DNA from: Nageia nagi
Taxonomy: Eukaryota > Plantae > Pinophyta
DNA: 64,000 nt
NCBI GenBank assembly: GCA_050084985.1
Contig: JBITNC010000002.1
Coordinates: forward strand, 3,596,001 to 3,660,000
Direction of reading: 5' to 3'
Shown here: piece after piece, positions 24,621 to 37,794 of the stretch
How positions within the stretch are numbered: the stretch's first letter is position 1
How the letters are laid out: every line of letters starts with the position of its first letter
The notes under the pieces: generated by a model
Seen by the model: only the letters and a program-made list of their open reading frames with translations
Database searches by the model: none
What the model was told of the DNA's origin: nothing
Translations under genes and position numbers: made by a program

Positions 24621-26870
24621 TAAAATATCTAAATTAATATTCTAATACTATATCATGATGACATTGTAGTTGAATTCTATGATATATTCTCTTAAATTTT
24701 GATAAGGGTTTTTATTATATAAGATGAATGAGAAAATGTTACTTAAATTCAAATATTGTTATTCTCAAAAGGATCCACAAGGATCTCTACAATGAAAAGG
24801 AAGTAGTATATAGATTTTTTTTGCCAATTTGTAGAATCATTGAAGTGTATAACCTAAATGAATTCTAGTAAATGTTTTCGCTCATAGTTTATATCATTAG
24901 AAAATTAAAAAAATAATTCCTTAATTATTAAATGTGGTGGATTACATCTTGTTTACCTTTGATATTTTAGAATTTTGGGATTTCTAGGTGAAAGGAAATA
25001 GGATGGTCAAGAATGATATGGATTGAATGGAGAACTTATAATGCAAGAATAATAATAGATGTTTTTAAATATATTCATTGATGACAGTTAGACTCCATCA
25101 AATGAGTAGAGAATTAATGAATTGAAAATATGGATTTAACATATTTCAACCCTTCAAAATTTACAACTAGCTTATATATCTTAAATATATATCTAAAAAT
25201 ACTGAGAGGTATCAATCTCGAGGTGCCTATTTCAATTCTCGAAAGTGTGATTTCCAAGATAGGTGCTTCTCATTACATTTTTAAATATATATGTAAGATA
25301 TCTAAGCTAGTATAATATATAGTAATGAAAATGTATTATTAATTTTATATACTATACTATATTATAATATATAATATTACTTTCAAACCTTAATTTGACT
25401 CTTAATTTATTGTGTTTAATCCAAATAATACCTAATCAAGAGTCAAATTAAATATTAATCTATAATAAATTTAAATATATTCAAAAGATATTTAATATGT
25501 AGTAAATGAATATATTAAATACTGCTTTGAATATATTTAAATAATACAATTGAAAAAAATTCAATATTTCAATTAATAAAATCAATATGGTAAATAAATA
25601 CCATTTATTACTCCATTATTTGAAACTACTCAAATTAATTAAAATATACATATTCAAAAATACATATAAAAGGGAATTCCTCATTATAATAATAAATTTG
25701 ATACTTCAACTACTAAAATTAATATGTAGTAAACAAATACCAATTTATTATTGCAATATTTGAAACTAATCGAAATTATTGAAATATATATATTCAAAAA
25801 TACACACAATGAATTGATGGATAGGGGAGTTGGAGAGGTGGGTATTTCAAAGTTGTCAAATATGGGAGGGCCCATGGGACAAAACTCTAACAAAAAGAAA
25901 AATACACACATGAAAGTGAATTTGTTTGCACCAACCATATATGAATTGAAGATACATAAAGATCTTTATTTTAGATAACACAATACTTGGTTGTGAACTC
26001 ACTCTTTCAGAAATATTACAAACATATATTCATCTCAATAAAGATTACTTATAAGATTTGTATCAACCACTTATTAATTTTTCAAATATATTACAAACAT
26101 ATATCCATCTCAATAATTTATTTTCCATTTTCTACAATAATATAAATGAAGAGATAACTCAAACAAAATTACATATGCATATGCAAATATTTAATATTAA
26201 AATTATAAATGAATTTACATGAAATTTATTTTTTTTTAAAGTTTATGTCAAGACATTTGAATCCTTACCTTTCCCTTATTATCATTGTAGGATGCCTATG
26301 AACTTAATTAAACATAAAAAAATATTATTATATTTATAAAAATATTATAACAATTTTAAAGACATTAGAGAACTAAAAACTTATATTAACACACAAAACA
26401 ATATTATAAATTTTTATTTAATCATATCTAATTAATAATTTATAGTAAAAAATATATAACAAATGAACCAATCCAAAAAACACCATCCAATCTTATATAA
26501 AAAGCATTGAGATATAAAACAATATTGAAAATTTAAACAACAATATTATTATTTTAAATATCTAAATTATTAGTTTTTATATTAATTACACTTACTTTAA
26601 CAATTAATTGAAAGTATAATAATATAAAATCACTATTAAACAATCATGCACTACAAAGATATATGATAACTTGTTCTAAATAACTCCAAGGCACCAATAA
26701 CCCTTTACCAGGTCATAACACAAATTCCAACCCAATGAGCAGCCTCTAAAACCCTCGCCAGTTTATCTCACATAATCCTCCATGGTCACTGTATAAGGGT
26801 AGTTTAGCCAAAGCATCATAGGTAAGCATTACTCGGCATATTGTATCCTGTTATTTTGAAGGCAGAGATA

Positions 26871-28561
26871 TCATTGCCTATATACATTATTTTCTCTTCT
26901 TGACCAAGCAATTGCAGAAGAAATTGTAACATCTAAGTAAAAAGTGTGTAATATGATAAGAAAAACAAAACATTGATGGCTGAAATTTTTTCCTTTTTGC
27001 CATCTTTCAATTCTTTTTCCTTTTAAACGACAATTCTCTTTCTTCTTATAATCCAAAATAGAAGTCTTGGACTTATACTCCTTGAAAATCTTCAACATCT
27101 CTATTTCTTTTCTCCCTGGGTATCTGTAAACAAAATATTTGAAAAAATGTAAATTCTAATATATCATAGATAAATAATATTCATAACAATGCAAATATAT
27201 AAGAGAGTATCAGATTTACCTGATATGTATCCTTGCTGTTTGTAACAGGTATATCTTGTTTCCTTTTGTTGGAAAGATTAATGTGCTCCAGCATTTTGTT
27301 GGGAATATCTTTTATGAAAATCCATCTGATTGGAAAATATCCCATCCACTTATCTTCTAACCAGAACTCAAAGTGTTTTCCGTAATCGACTTCTCCGGTC
27401 ATTTCAGCCACCCCATAGAAATGATGACTGGAAGTAACCTATTTCAGCAAAAAATGATATTCTTAAATCAATTTAATCCAAGCACATATATGTCACTCTT
27501 ATCGAATTCAACCTGTCTATCTCTCCATAGTTTGCTTTGATAGATCTTGCAATATAAGAACTATCTGTATTGATAAACATCATCAGCATATCTATCATTC
27601 AATTGTAAAAACAATGATCAACTCTTGTATTTCTCTCAACTATTTTCGTAGATCTATGAATACAAAATTGTATATTTATCTATTTACAAAACAACCAATG
27701 CAATAATGTAAAAACTTCGTTTAGAACTTACAGAGAAAAAGAGAAAAATAGGAGAATGTTCTCTATTTGCATTTACTTGCTTGTAAGCTGCATGCAGGCT
27801 TTTATTTCCTTGAAAAGTACTTGACCATACACTGTACTTGATGCTTCTGTGGTTGTCATCCTCATTGTCTGATTTCATAATGTAGAACATTGCTTTGGAG
27901 TAAGTGGTGATGAAATTTGATTGGTTGAAGTGCTCCATACTTGGCAAAACACTGTACTTCTCTTCGGCCATTGAAGTAGATCCTTTGGCTCTTAAAGAAT
28001 CAATTTGATTAGTCACTTCTCTGAATCGAGGACCAAATACAATTTTTTTCCAGTAAAGAATCGCTTGTCCTCTTTTTTAATGTTCTTCTTTTCCTGATCT
28101 TGCTTCTTGCGTTTTCTTCTTTGTTCTCCTTTTCTTGTGAATTAAAGGAGGGTAGGGAGTTGCAAAAGAGAAGTAAGGCACATAGATGTAATAATATTCA
28201 GGATGTGGGCAAATAAACGGGTAGAAGTGTATGTTGTTGTAATAGAATTGTTGCAGGTAATGCAATAATTGATGTAGTAGAGATATTGAATACTGTGATT
28301 ATGAAAATCATCATCCTACAATTAAACAATTACAAAGGAATTGATTTATTTATATATTTGTAGATACAACATTTTTAACAATAATCACCCGCAAATATCT
28401 GCACTCTATTCATTCAAAGATGAAAACAAACATCACAATATAGATTAGACTATAGAGCATACCTATTTTATAAAATTACATCTAGATTTACAAATGATGG
28501 CAATCTACATCTTGATTATTGAAGTGCATACCTGATAATCAAGCACATCTAGACTAGCCAT
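26871..28561 (-). pseudogene. YTH-domain (ECT/YTHDF-type) m6A reader gene, intron-containing, disrupted
   Basis: Exons 28561-28532, 28315 (or 28292)-27732, 27438-27220 and 27123-26871 with GT-AG sites. YTH motifs FYIMKSDNEDDNHRSIKYSVWSST, IFLFFSV, FWLEDKWMGYFPIRW, PVTNSKDTYQ, MLKIFK. In-frame TAA at 28079-28077 and a +1 frameshift near 27100-27112. Confidence 0.8.
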
Positions 28562-28750
28562 TTTGCCCTTGTTTTCTAATGGAATCTTCTTTCAATAAGT
28601 TTGCATCCTATAATGATATTGACATTGTATTTATATATTGATTGTATTTGTTAATATTCAATAAAATATCCTCATAGAAATTATCTTCAAACAAATGCAC
28701 CATATAAGCTATAGAGATTTTAGAAAGATGTAGGAGTTGATGAGTATTAC

Positions 28751-28911
28751 CTTAATGTGTGTGCTTTTGTGAGGCAGTTATATTTTTTCATCTTAATCTC
28801 TCCCTCACACACACATCAAAATGAGAAAAAAAGTTAAGACAAGATCTCTAACTTAAATGAAATATATCTTCATTCCTTTTACTTAGTTTTAGGTTGGGTT
28901 ATGTATTTATA
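28751..28911 (-). promoter_or_regulatory. Candidate TATA box and non-coding first exon of the YTH gene
   Basis: TATAAATA on the minus strand at 28911-28904. AAG|GTAATA donor at 28751/28750 and an acceptor near 28608 ahead of the ATG exon. Confidence 0.4.
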
Positions 28912-30687
28912 GATAGACATCCATGAAGATAAATATAACGTATAGACACCTCATTAACATGGTCTTCATAATAGAATCATTGGATGTGAGTTGGATGCAT
29001 TTCATCACTCAATCCTATGATCATTTACCATATACAAATTTCTTATTTCACTTATTCATTTAGAAGATTAAAATTGCAAGTCTATTATAATTTCTCATAT
29101 TGTTGACGTAAAGTACCTAAATCTTTTTATTATGTTGATTTGAAATTTTTTACATAGATTTCATACATTTCAATTTACAATATATTATAATTCAAATAAG
29201 TTGGATCTTGAGAAGGAGTTATGCATAAATTAATGCAAATAATTATATACATAAATTAATGCATAAATTTTAGCAAACTTTATATGGCAACTTAAGCTCC
29301 TTTAGGTTAAATCACAGGTTTAGCTTTTCTTGAAAATATCTACCTTAAGACATATTTTGTATTTTTCTTTTGTCTATCTTATCCTTCAATGTGTATTTCA
29401 TTCTTGTTCTACTTAAAATAAAGTGTGTAACTCATATTAAGAAATTTGAAAGGCTTAATAAAAAGAACAAGGTTATGTATATATTTTATTCAAATTACTA
29501 AATTTGTTAATCCATTTAAATGTAAAAAAGAAAATAGATATTCAAAATATTTCTTTTATTATCTTAAATAATATTTTTATAACTATTTTTGAATTTTTCA
29601 ATATCAATGTGAATATTGTTCTTCTCAAAATAAAAAAATATGTGAAGCATCATTCACATACAAGTTTCTAAACCTTTTTTTTTAATGAAAAGTACAAATT
29701 TTATATACTTTAATAAAAATTATAATACACTAATTCATTAGAAAAATGGATGGAATCGAACCACACCCCAAAGTCTAGGTGAGGCATAATTTGCAATCAT
29801 GAATCAACAAAAAAATAAATAAAGTGGTGATATCATGAGCTCTTTAATTTTTGAAAGCTAGAAAGAGGTGAAGATCATAGTTTAAAGATTCCCCCCATGT
29901 TGATGGTAAGTCTTTATTATCCAAAGGTGGTTTACAACTTGTGATGACACCTTTGTCAACCTAGTCCATGGTGGGATGGTCTACTTTATTCCACCTTGGT
30001 GAGCTAGCAAGGATCAAATGAGGAAATTTATTTATACTAACCTAACCTTTAGCTCCGTAGTCAAAGGGTTGAGAGGAACACGATGGTAAGTGGGTCTAAT
30101 CTTAATCTTTGCATTGAGGATATGTATGAGAAGATTATGAATATTGGAAATGGAAATAATTTCATCCTTTGGATTGGCTCTTGTATAGGATAGAGGCTAG
30201 TGGTATATGAGCAACAATCAATAGGGCATTAACCTAATGGTCCATGGGTATTTGTAAGTGGACCATCTCAAGAGCCATGTTATTCACACAAAATTAAAAA
30301 ATTTGAAGAGTATTGAAGAAAAATATAACTTTAATATATAAAGAAATATGAGTATTTATAGATATTTGAAAGAGATAGTTAAGTTTGTATCTTTCTAATT
30401 ATCAAGAAGGATCTCTATTCTAAAAGTATGGTATAGCTAGGTATATTTAGCTAGCATACTAGGCTACTCACTTAGAAGAATCATGTGTAAAAAAAAAAGG
30501 CCTTAGGCTTGAAAAAATTATGGATCAATTTTCAAGTACCATAGGTTGTGCAATAGAAGTAAAATAGGACCTTGATATTTTTATGATATCCATAAAAGGG
30601 ACATCAAAGGTTGGAAACACCTAAATGAGCTAAATGGTCTCTAAGATGAAGTTCTTAATATATAATACGCTAAGAAAATGAGTAAGT

Positions 30688-33600
30688 TGTTGGAGTTACA
30701 ACCAGCCAAATTAAATATTTAAGTTCCCCATTTTAAAACATGGCTACCCTGCATGTTTTATTAGAGTTAAACATGCATGTGTTTCATACTTGTGGAAATG
30801 CTAATGTGTTTCTTACTATCCTGCACGTCTTATGGAAACACCAATGTGTTTCTTACTACCCTACACATTTTATCAGAGTTTTTAGCAGTTATGACATTTG
30901 TGATGTTTGAGTGAGTTTTTCATGATTTTACTTCATTTTAGCATCTATTATGTTGTAGGCATAATGGGAGATAGTCCTAGTATATGTTTGTAACTCCCAT
31001 TTAGTATAAATTTAGTTGAATTTGAGTGGATTTTATGTATCAATCCACAACATTTATTTTGGTCCTTTTTGTAACCTCCATGAGAGCTCAATTTCAGTTA
31101 TTCATTAGAGTTCTATATATTGTACTTCAAATTTCTTAATGAATCAAATTATTATGTGGTCAAAATTGTTTTATATTGGAATTAAAGCTAATAGATCTTA
31201 TTTGGGTTAGAAAGGTTATGGGTGCTTTGCAAAAACTTAGCAAGTTATGCAAAAAGTGATCCAAAAGGGCTTGTTGAAGTGAAAGAGATGGCTTTTGGAG
31301 CTAATTCTCTCCTCATTCTAGAATTTAACGGAGAGGATTATCAATATTGGGCACTAAAGATGTAGCATTTACTCATAGGAAAAGGGGTGTAGGATATTAT
31401 TGAAGATGGCTATGTAGAGCCATATTGGACCATACTTCCTCAAGATGATAGGCGTGCTATGAGAGAGGCCCAAAAGAAAAATTCTTTTGCAATCTACCAT
31501 CTTCAATCAGCCTTGGACAAGAGATTGTTCCCAAGGATTGCTAGTTGCAATACAACCAAGGCTGCATGAAATATCTTGAAACATGGATTTCAAGGAATGA
31601 TCAAGTGAAGAAAGTGAGGCTTCAAAATTTGAAGATAGAGTTTGAGAATCTGAAGCAAAAAGAGGATGAGAAAGTTGGAGAATATTGTGTAAGAGTAAAT
31701 ATATGTGTTCAAAGGATTGATACACTTGAAGACGAGGTCAAAAATCTAGTTATAGTGAAGAAAGTGTTGAGAACACTTCTTTCTAAATGGAGCCAAACTA
31801 CTATTATGTTTGAAGAGACTAAAGATCTGAGCACTTTTACTCTTGATCAACCTATTAGTTCCTTGATGTCCCATGAGGAAAGGCTTACTCCACCTTCAAA
31901 TATTAGGGGTGTGGAGGAGAAGGATTTTTCTTCTAAAGAAGATGATACTAGTTCTACTGGTCAATGGGGAGATTAAGGAAGAGGAAGAGGAAGGAGAGGT
32001 GGCTTACAAGGTAGAGGAGGATTCCAAGGAAGAGGAAGAAGAGATTCTCCAAGAGGTGATATGAAAGGAAAATAATATTACTATTGTAAAATGTATGGTC
32101 ACTATGAAAGGGAGTGTATATTGAAGGCTTCTCAAGAGGAAGGTAAAAATGCACATTATGGTGAGGAGGATGGATGCTCCACCTTGTTCTTGTCTTATGC
32201 CCATACAACCTAAAAGTTGGATAAGACATCATGGATCCTTGACATGGGTTTCTCCAACCATATGACGAGCAAGGTAGATTTATTTTGTGCCATGGATAAC
32301 TCCTACAAGTCCAAGATCACACTTGGAGATGACAAAGCCATTCAAACAAAAGGCATGGGAGCTATGGAGGTGTCTACAAATGAAGGTAACAAAACGGTTA
32401 ATGATGTGCATTACATTCCAATACTAAATCATAACTTATTAAGTGTGGGAAAAATAATAGAAAAAAAACTATAAGCTTATGTTTGAGGATAGGAAGTATA
32501 TGATTTTTGATAAGAACAAAGGGCATAAACATGTCACCACTATTCCCATGAAAAGGAATAGATTATTTCTTCTTAAGTTTGATGAACAAAGTTCTATTTT
32601 TTCTAATGTTGCTATTGATGATAAATGTTAGCTTTGAAATTTGATATATGGGCATCTAAAATTTGCAAGTTTAAAAATCTTTGTTTTAAATGAGATGGTA
32701 TATGGGCTATCAAAGGTTCAAGAACATAAAGAAGTGTTTATCAATTGTGCTATGGGAAAATCCTCAACATCAAGCTTCCCAAAAGGTCAAGCATGGAGAT
32801 CCTCCTATCACCCCTAATTGATAAATAGTGATATATGTGGGCCAATGCAAACTCCAAGTATTGGTAAAAAATTATAAAAAATTATATTTCCTTAATTTTA
32901 TTGATGATTACTCAAGGATGTGTTGTACATACTTTCTTAAAAATAAGTATGAAGCTTTTACATACTTTAAGGAGATTAAGAACAATGTGGAAAAATAAAG
33001 TGGTTATTATTTGAAGTGCTTGAGAATAGATAGAGGGGAGAAGTTTTGTATTAATAAAGTTTTACAATATTGTAAAGATTATGGAGTGAGAAGGCAACTC
33101 ACTACTACCTACACTCCATAACAAAATGGTGTGGCTAAATGTAAGAATATAAAATTGGTTAATATGAAAAGAAGCATGCTCCAAATAAAAGGTCAAAGTA
33201 ATATTTATCGGGCTGAATCTATTAGGACTATTGTGTACATTTTAAATAGGATTCCAACCTCTAGTTTAGATGGAAAAACACCTTTTGAGGTATGGTATGA
33301 TAAAAGGCCAAATATAAACCATTTTAGAGTGTTCGGTTGCTTAGGCTATGTGCATGTTCCAAGGAAGCATAGACAAAAATTAGATCCAAAGAGTGAGCCT
33401 TACATATTTATTGGTTATTGTGAAGCAAGCAAAGCATATAGACTATACAATCCTAAAACTCACAAAGTTGTTTTAAGGGATGTTATTTTTGATGAAGGTA
33501 GAGCATGGGTCATCAAAAAAACTTTTTGAAGATAGATCCTTTGATGAAAACTCTTCTAATGTACAATTTACTATTCATCCTAGCCAACAAAGTGTGCAAT

Positions 33601-35894
33601 CCAAAAGCCCATACAAGTGCATCCCAAAAATGTCTCAAGTGATGGTGATGCTTATCCAAGAAAGAATGCTAAGGTAAAAGATAATATAACACTTGCAAAT
33701 CATCCTCGATTATTCAAGTTTTCGCTTGCACGAAATGTTACAAATGTTAGATCAAAAAAATTCAAAAAGAGTAACTAGAGGATAAGTAAGAGAAGTAGAT
33801 CAAGTAATTAAAAGGCTTGAAAATCTCCATTTGTATAAATGATGAGATGGATGGTGAACCCAACAGTGAATTGGATCATTTTAATTTGGTGGCTAGTGTT
33901 GATTTAGAGCCTTCTTGTTATGAAAATGCATGTACTAATGATGTTTGGTTGAAGGCCATAAAAGAGGAAATGCACTCAATTGAGAAGAATGATACATGGG
34001 AGCTATTTGAGCTTCCAAAAGGGAAGAAGGTTGTAGGCTCTAAATGGATCTATAAAATCAAGTTTAATGATGATGGCACCATTGAGAGGCAAGGCTAGAC
34101 TTGTGCCAAAAGGCTTCACCCAAAGATATGGCATCGACTATGAGGAGACCTTTGCTCATGTTGCTAGGCAAGAAACAATAAGGATGGTTCTATATATTAC
34201 GATTCACAAAGGTTGGAATGTGTACCACTTGGATGTCAAGAGTGCATTCTTGAATTGCCATCTTGATGAATAAGTGTTTGTAGCATAGCCCCAAGGTTTC
34301 AAAAAGAAAGGTAAAGAGAGTCATGTTTACAAGTTGAAGAAGGCCTTGTATGGCCTAAAGCAAGCTCCAAGGGTTTGATACTCAAGGATAGAAGGGTATT
34401 TCCAATAATATGGATTCACAAGGAGTAAAAGTGAACCAACTCTCTATTATACGTATGATGGTATTGATATTTTGCTTATTTTCCTTTATGTTTATGATCT
34501 TATCTATATGGGTAGCAATTCTAAAATGAATGATGCTTTCAATAATTCCAAATGAAATATCTAGATCTTATGCACTACTTTCTTAGTTTGGAAGTATATT
34601 AAGATGATAGTCAAATTATTATTTCTAAAACCAAGTATGCTAATGATTTGTTGCATAAGTTTGGCATGGATGATTGTCTAGTTGTTGTCACCCCTATAGC
34701 TCATGGAGAACACTTGACCAAAGAACATGGAATTATTGCACTTGATGTGCACACTTATAGAAGCATGGTTGGGAGCTTAATGTTCCTAACAAATTCAAGA
34801 CCTGATATATGTCATATTATTTCACTAGTGTCTAGGTACATGAGTGATCCTTTAGAGATTCACTTAAATATAGCCAAAAGGATTTTGAGATATGTCCAAG
34901 GTACATAAGATTTTGGCATTCATTACCTCAAAAATAGAGTTGTAAAACTTGTTGGATATAGTGATAATAATTAGGGTAAAAATATTGATGATAGAAAGTC
35001 TACTTTTGGCAATTATTTTAGTACATGGTCATCCAAAAAGCAAAAAATAGTTGCTTTATCCACTTTTGAAGTTGAATATATTACCATCACTAGTGCTAGT
35101 GCACAAGCCTTGTGGATGTAGAAAGTTCTTGAGGAGATAGGAGAAAAATAAAATTGGTTCAACAACCTTATTTTTTGATAACCAAAGTGCAATACAATTG
35201 GTAAAGAATTTTATCCATCATTCCAGATCCAAGCATTTTGATATGAAGTACCATTTCATTAGAGATATGGCAGAGAAGAAAGTTGTAGAATTGCACTATT
35301 ACAAAAGTAAGGATAATCTTGTTGATCTTTTCACCAAAGGAGTTGCTACAAGCCAGTTTATGAAGCTGAGAGACTTCCTAGTCAACCCTCTCACCTTCAA
35401 AGGAGAGTATGTTGGAGTTACAGCTAGAAAAATTATAGATTTAAGTTCCCCAGTTCAAAACACAAATACCCTACGCGTTTTGTTAGAGTGAAATGTGCAC
35501 ATGTTTCATGCTTATGGAAATGCCAACATGTTTCTTACTACCCTACACATTTTATGGAAATACCAATGTGTTTCTTACTACCTTGCGCATTTTGTCAAAG
35601 TTTTTGGTAGTTATGATATTTATGATGTTTGAGCAAGTTTTTCTTACTTCCACTTTGTTTTAGCATTTGTTACTTTGTAGGCATAATGGGAGATATTCCT
35701 AGAATATGTTTGTAATTCCCATTTAGTATTTTTAGTTAGATTTAAGTGGATTTTATGTAACATTCCATAATATTTATTTTGGTCCTTCATGTAACCTCTA
35801 TGAGAGCTCAATTTTAGTTACTCGTTGGAGTTATATATATATTGTACTTTGAATTTCTTAATGAATTAGATTATCACGTGCTCAAAATTGTTCA
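30688..35894 (+). mobile_element. Full-length but decayed Ty1/Copia LTR retrotransposon
   Basis: LTRs 30688-about 31173 and 35410-35894; perfect TSD TAAGT (30683-30687, 35895-35899); degenerate PBS 31177-31188; PPT about 35399-35409. Gag (UBN2-like), protease WILDMGFSNHM, integrase, RT ([11 protein letters not shown]) and RNase H (HSRSKHFDMKYHFIR) occur in Copia order with many stops. Confidence 0.95.
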
Positions 35895-36599
35895 TAAGTT
35901 TGGGTTCCAAAATGGACGAACAAAAAATTTGAAATCTATGTCTGCAAGTTCTAATTATGGACTATAATCTCCATTTGTCATTAGGCTTTAATAGCATTGT
36001 TAAATAAGGTGAGATCCATGTATATATTTTATTAGTCTTGTACCTATGAAATGAATTATCAAAGAAGTATTTCTAATTTATCTATTAACCTTGGGTGTAT
36101 CTACCCCTATTTTATAAAGCATATGAGGAGGAACAAAATCCATAATTTATTGGAAGGATTATATATCTTGATTATTTAATTAAAATTTGGCTTTGTTGTT
36201 ACACCAATATAGTTGATTCCTTTTTGGTTTATAAAATATATTTAAAACCACCTAAATCTTTTTATGAAAATCTTTAGATCATGAATCCATGAGAGTTTGG
36301 CTAGGGGTCAATCCCTGTAATTGATTATAGATAATTGTTATAAGGATTGTTGGTTGATAGAAATCCTTGTATTAAATTCATTATCATTTTCTATTAAGTT
36401 AGTAGGTGGATTTTAAGTAGGTGGATTTTAAAGGATATAAAAGCCTTTACATATCAATAAAAATATAGGCATTTGACACATGACACTATTGTACTTATCA
36501 TATTAAAATAGGAAGGTCCTTCCTTCCTTTTACTACATAATTCAAAATAAAAATATACTACTACATATAGCTTATCCTACTAAAACTAAAATACACATA

Positions 36600-37790
36600 A
36601 ACTTTATTCACTTAGTCCTCCTTCAACCATAGCCTTTATCTTTTCCAATTGCTTGGTCACTTATAAGAAAGTCTACTATTTGAGCTTTTCAAAGCTCATG
36701 CTAGATTTCATTAGGTCCAATCTTGCAAGGTTGATAATTCCTACAATATCTTCTCTCCCCCTAGATGCCTCTTCTTGATCACATCCTCCTCCTTAGAGCT
36801 ATCTTCCATAAAGTCTTCCATATTATTAAATGAAGTCATCTCAAAACCTTCCTTGACTTCCAAAATGGTTTTGGGAGACTTCTTCCATGAAGTCTTCCAT
36901 ATTATTAAACGAAGTCATCTCAGAACCTTCCTTGACCTCCAAAATGGTTTTGGGAGACTTCTTACGAATTCTTCTCTTCTTCGTTGAATCCAAATCCTTA
37001 TCATCCTTCTTAAGAGCCCTCTTCTTCTTTTTCTTAATAGGTGTCATTGTGGAATCCTTAAACTCTTCCAAGAGGCACTTCCCTTTCTATTTCTTGTAGG
37101 GTTCTAGGTCTTTGGGACCTCTTGACCATCCTAAAGTAAGAATTGCATGCTTCCACATCACTAATAAAATCCCTTGGTGTAATGAAAATTTGATCTCCCC
37201 TCTTTAAAATTCTTTTATAGCTCTGTCTAACTCATCAAATTGAAAATGGGGAATTGAGGATTGCAAGGTGGTATCACCTCACATAGGTAGTTTTAGAATC
37301 CAAAGTAAAATAGTTCATTATTGTTCCATCCACTTTCCTCAATGGCTAGGGAAATGATAACCTCATAATTGACTTCCCCTCCCATCATGGTTCCTTTCCT
37401 TTGGTGAACAAATCTAACTTTGTAGCTAATAGGTGTTTATCCTTTTTAGATTTTAACAATAGCATCTACAAGCCTAAATATCCCCATCATTAGAGGTGGG
37501 ATGATTTTAAAACTAAAGGAACCAATCATTACCTTCTCATATCTCCAAATCCATGCCATATAGTTCATTACTTCCAAGTCAAAACCCTCAAACAAGTTTA
37601 AGAATTTTGAATATCCTACATTATGTAAGCATTCCTTCACATCGTCGCTAATTAAAAGATTCAAAAACTCTAGGAATAAGTTCTTATGATAAAGAAGATC
37701 ATCTTGTGCTAGCCCAATGGTTTCATGAGGCCATGCTCTACAAAATTTCTAAATAGAATTACCCTTCCTTCCATAGAACTTTCATAGAAG
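36600..37790 (-). mobile_element. Decayed accessory-ORF-like remnant, probably retrotransposon-derived, abutting the truncated PUB copy; contains an about 80-bp direct repeat (36808-36884 / 36887-36964)
   Basis: ORF fragments 37446-37664 and 36841-37071 (K-rich). The direct repeat is seen directly; the family assignment is inference. Confidence 0.4.
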
Positions 37791-37794
37791 TCTA

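Noticed and set aside
919-25978. Numerous 60-100 aa ORFs in the first 26 kb
   Set aside because: They lie in LTRs or TE remnants or have AT-biased composition, with no recognisable domains beyond the TE fragments already listed.
29744-29800. B-box-like GGTTCGATTCC on the minus strand
   Set aside because: No cloverleaf, second copy or TSD; at most a degenerate SINE/tRNA remnant.
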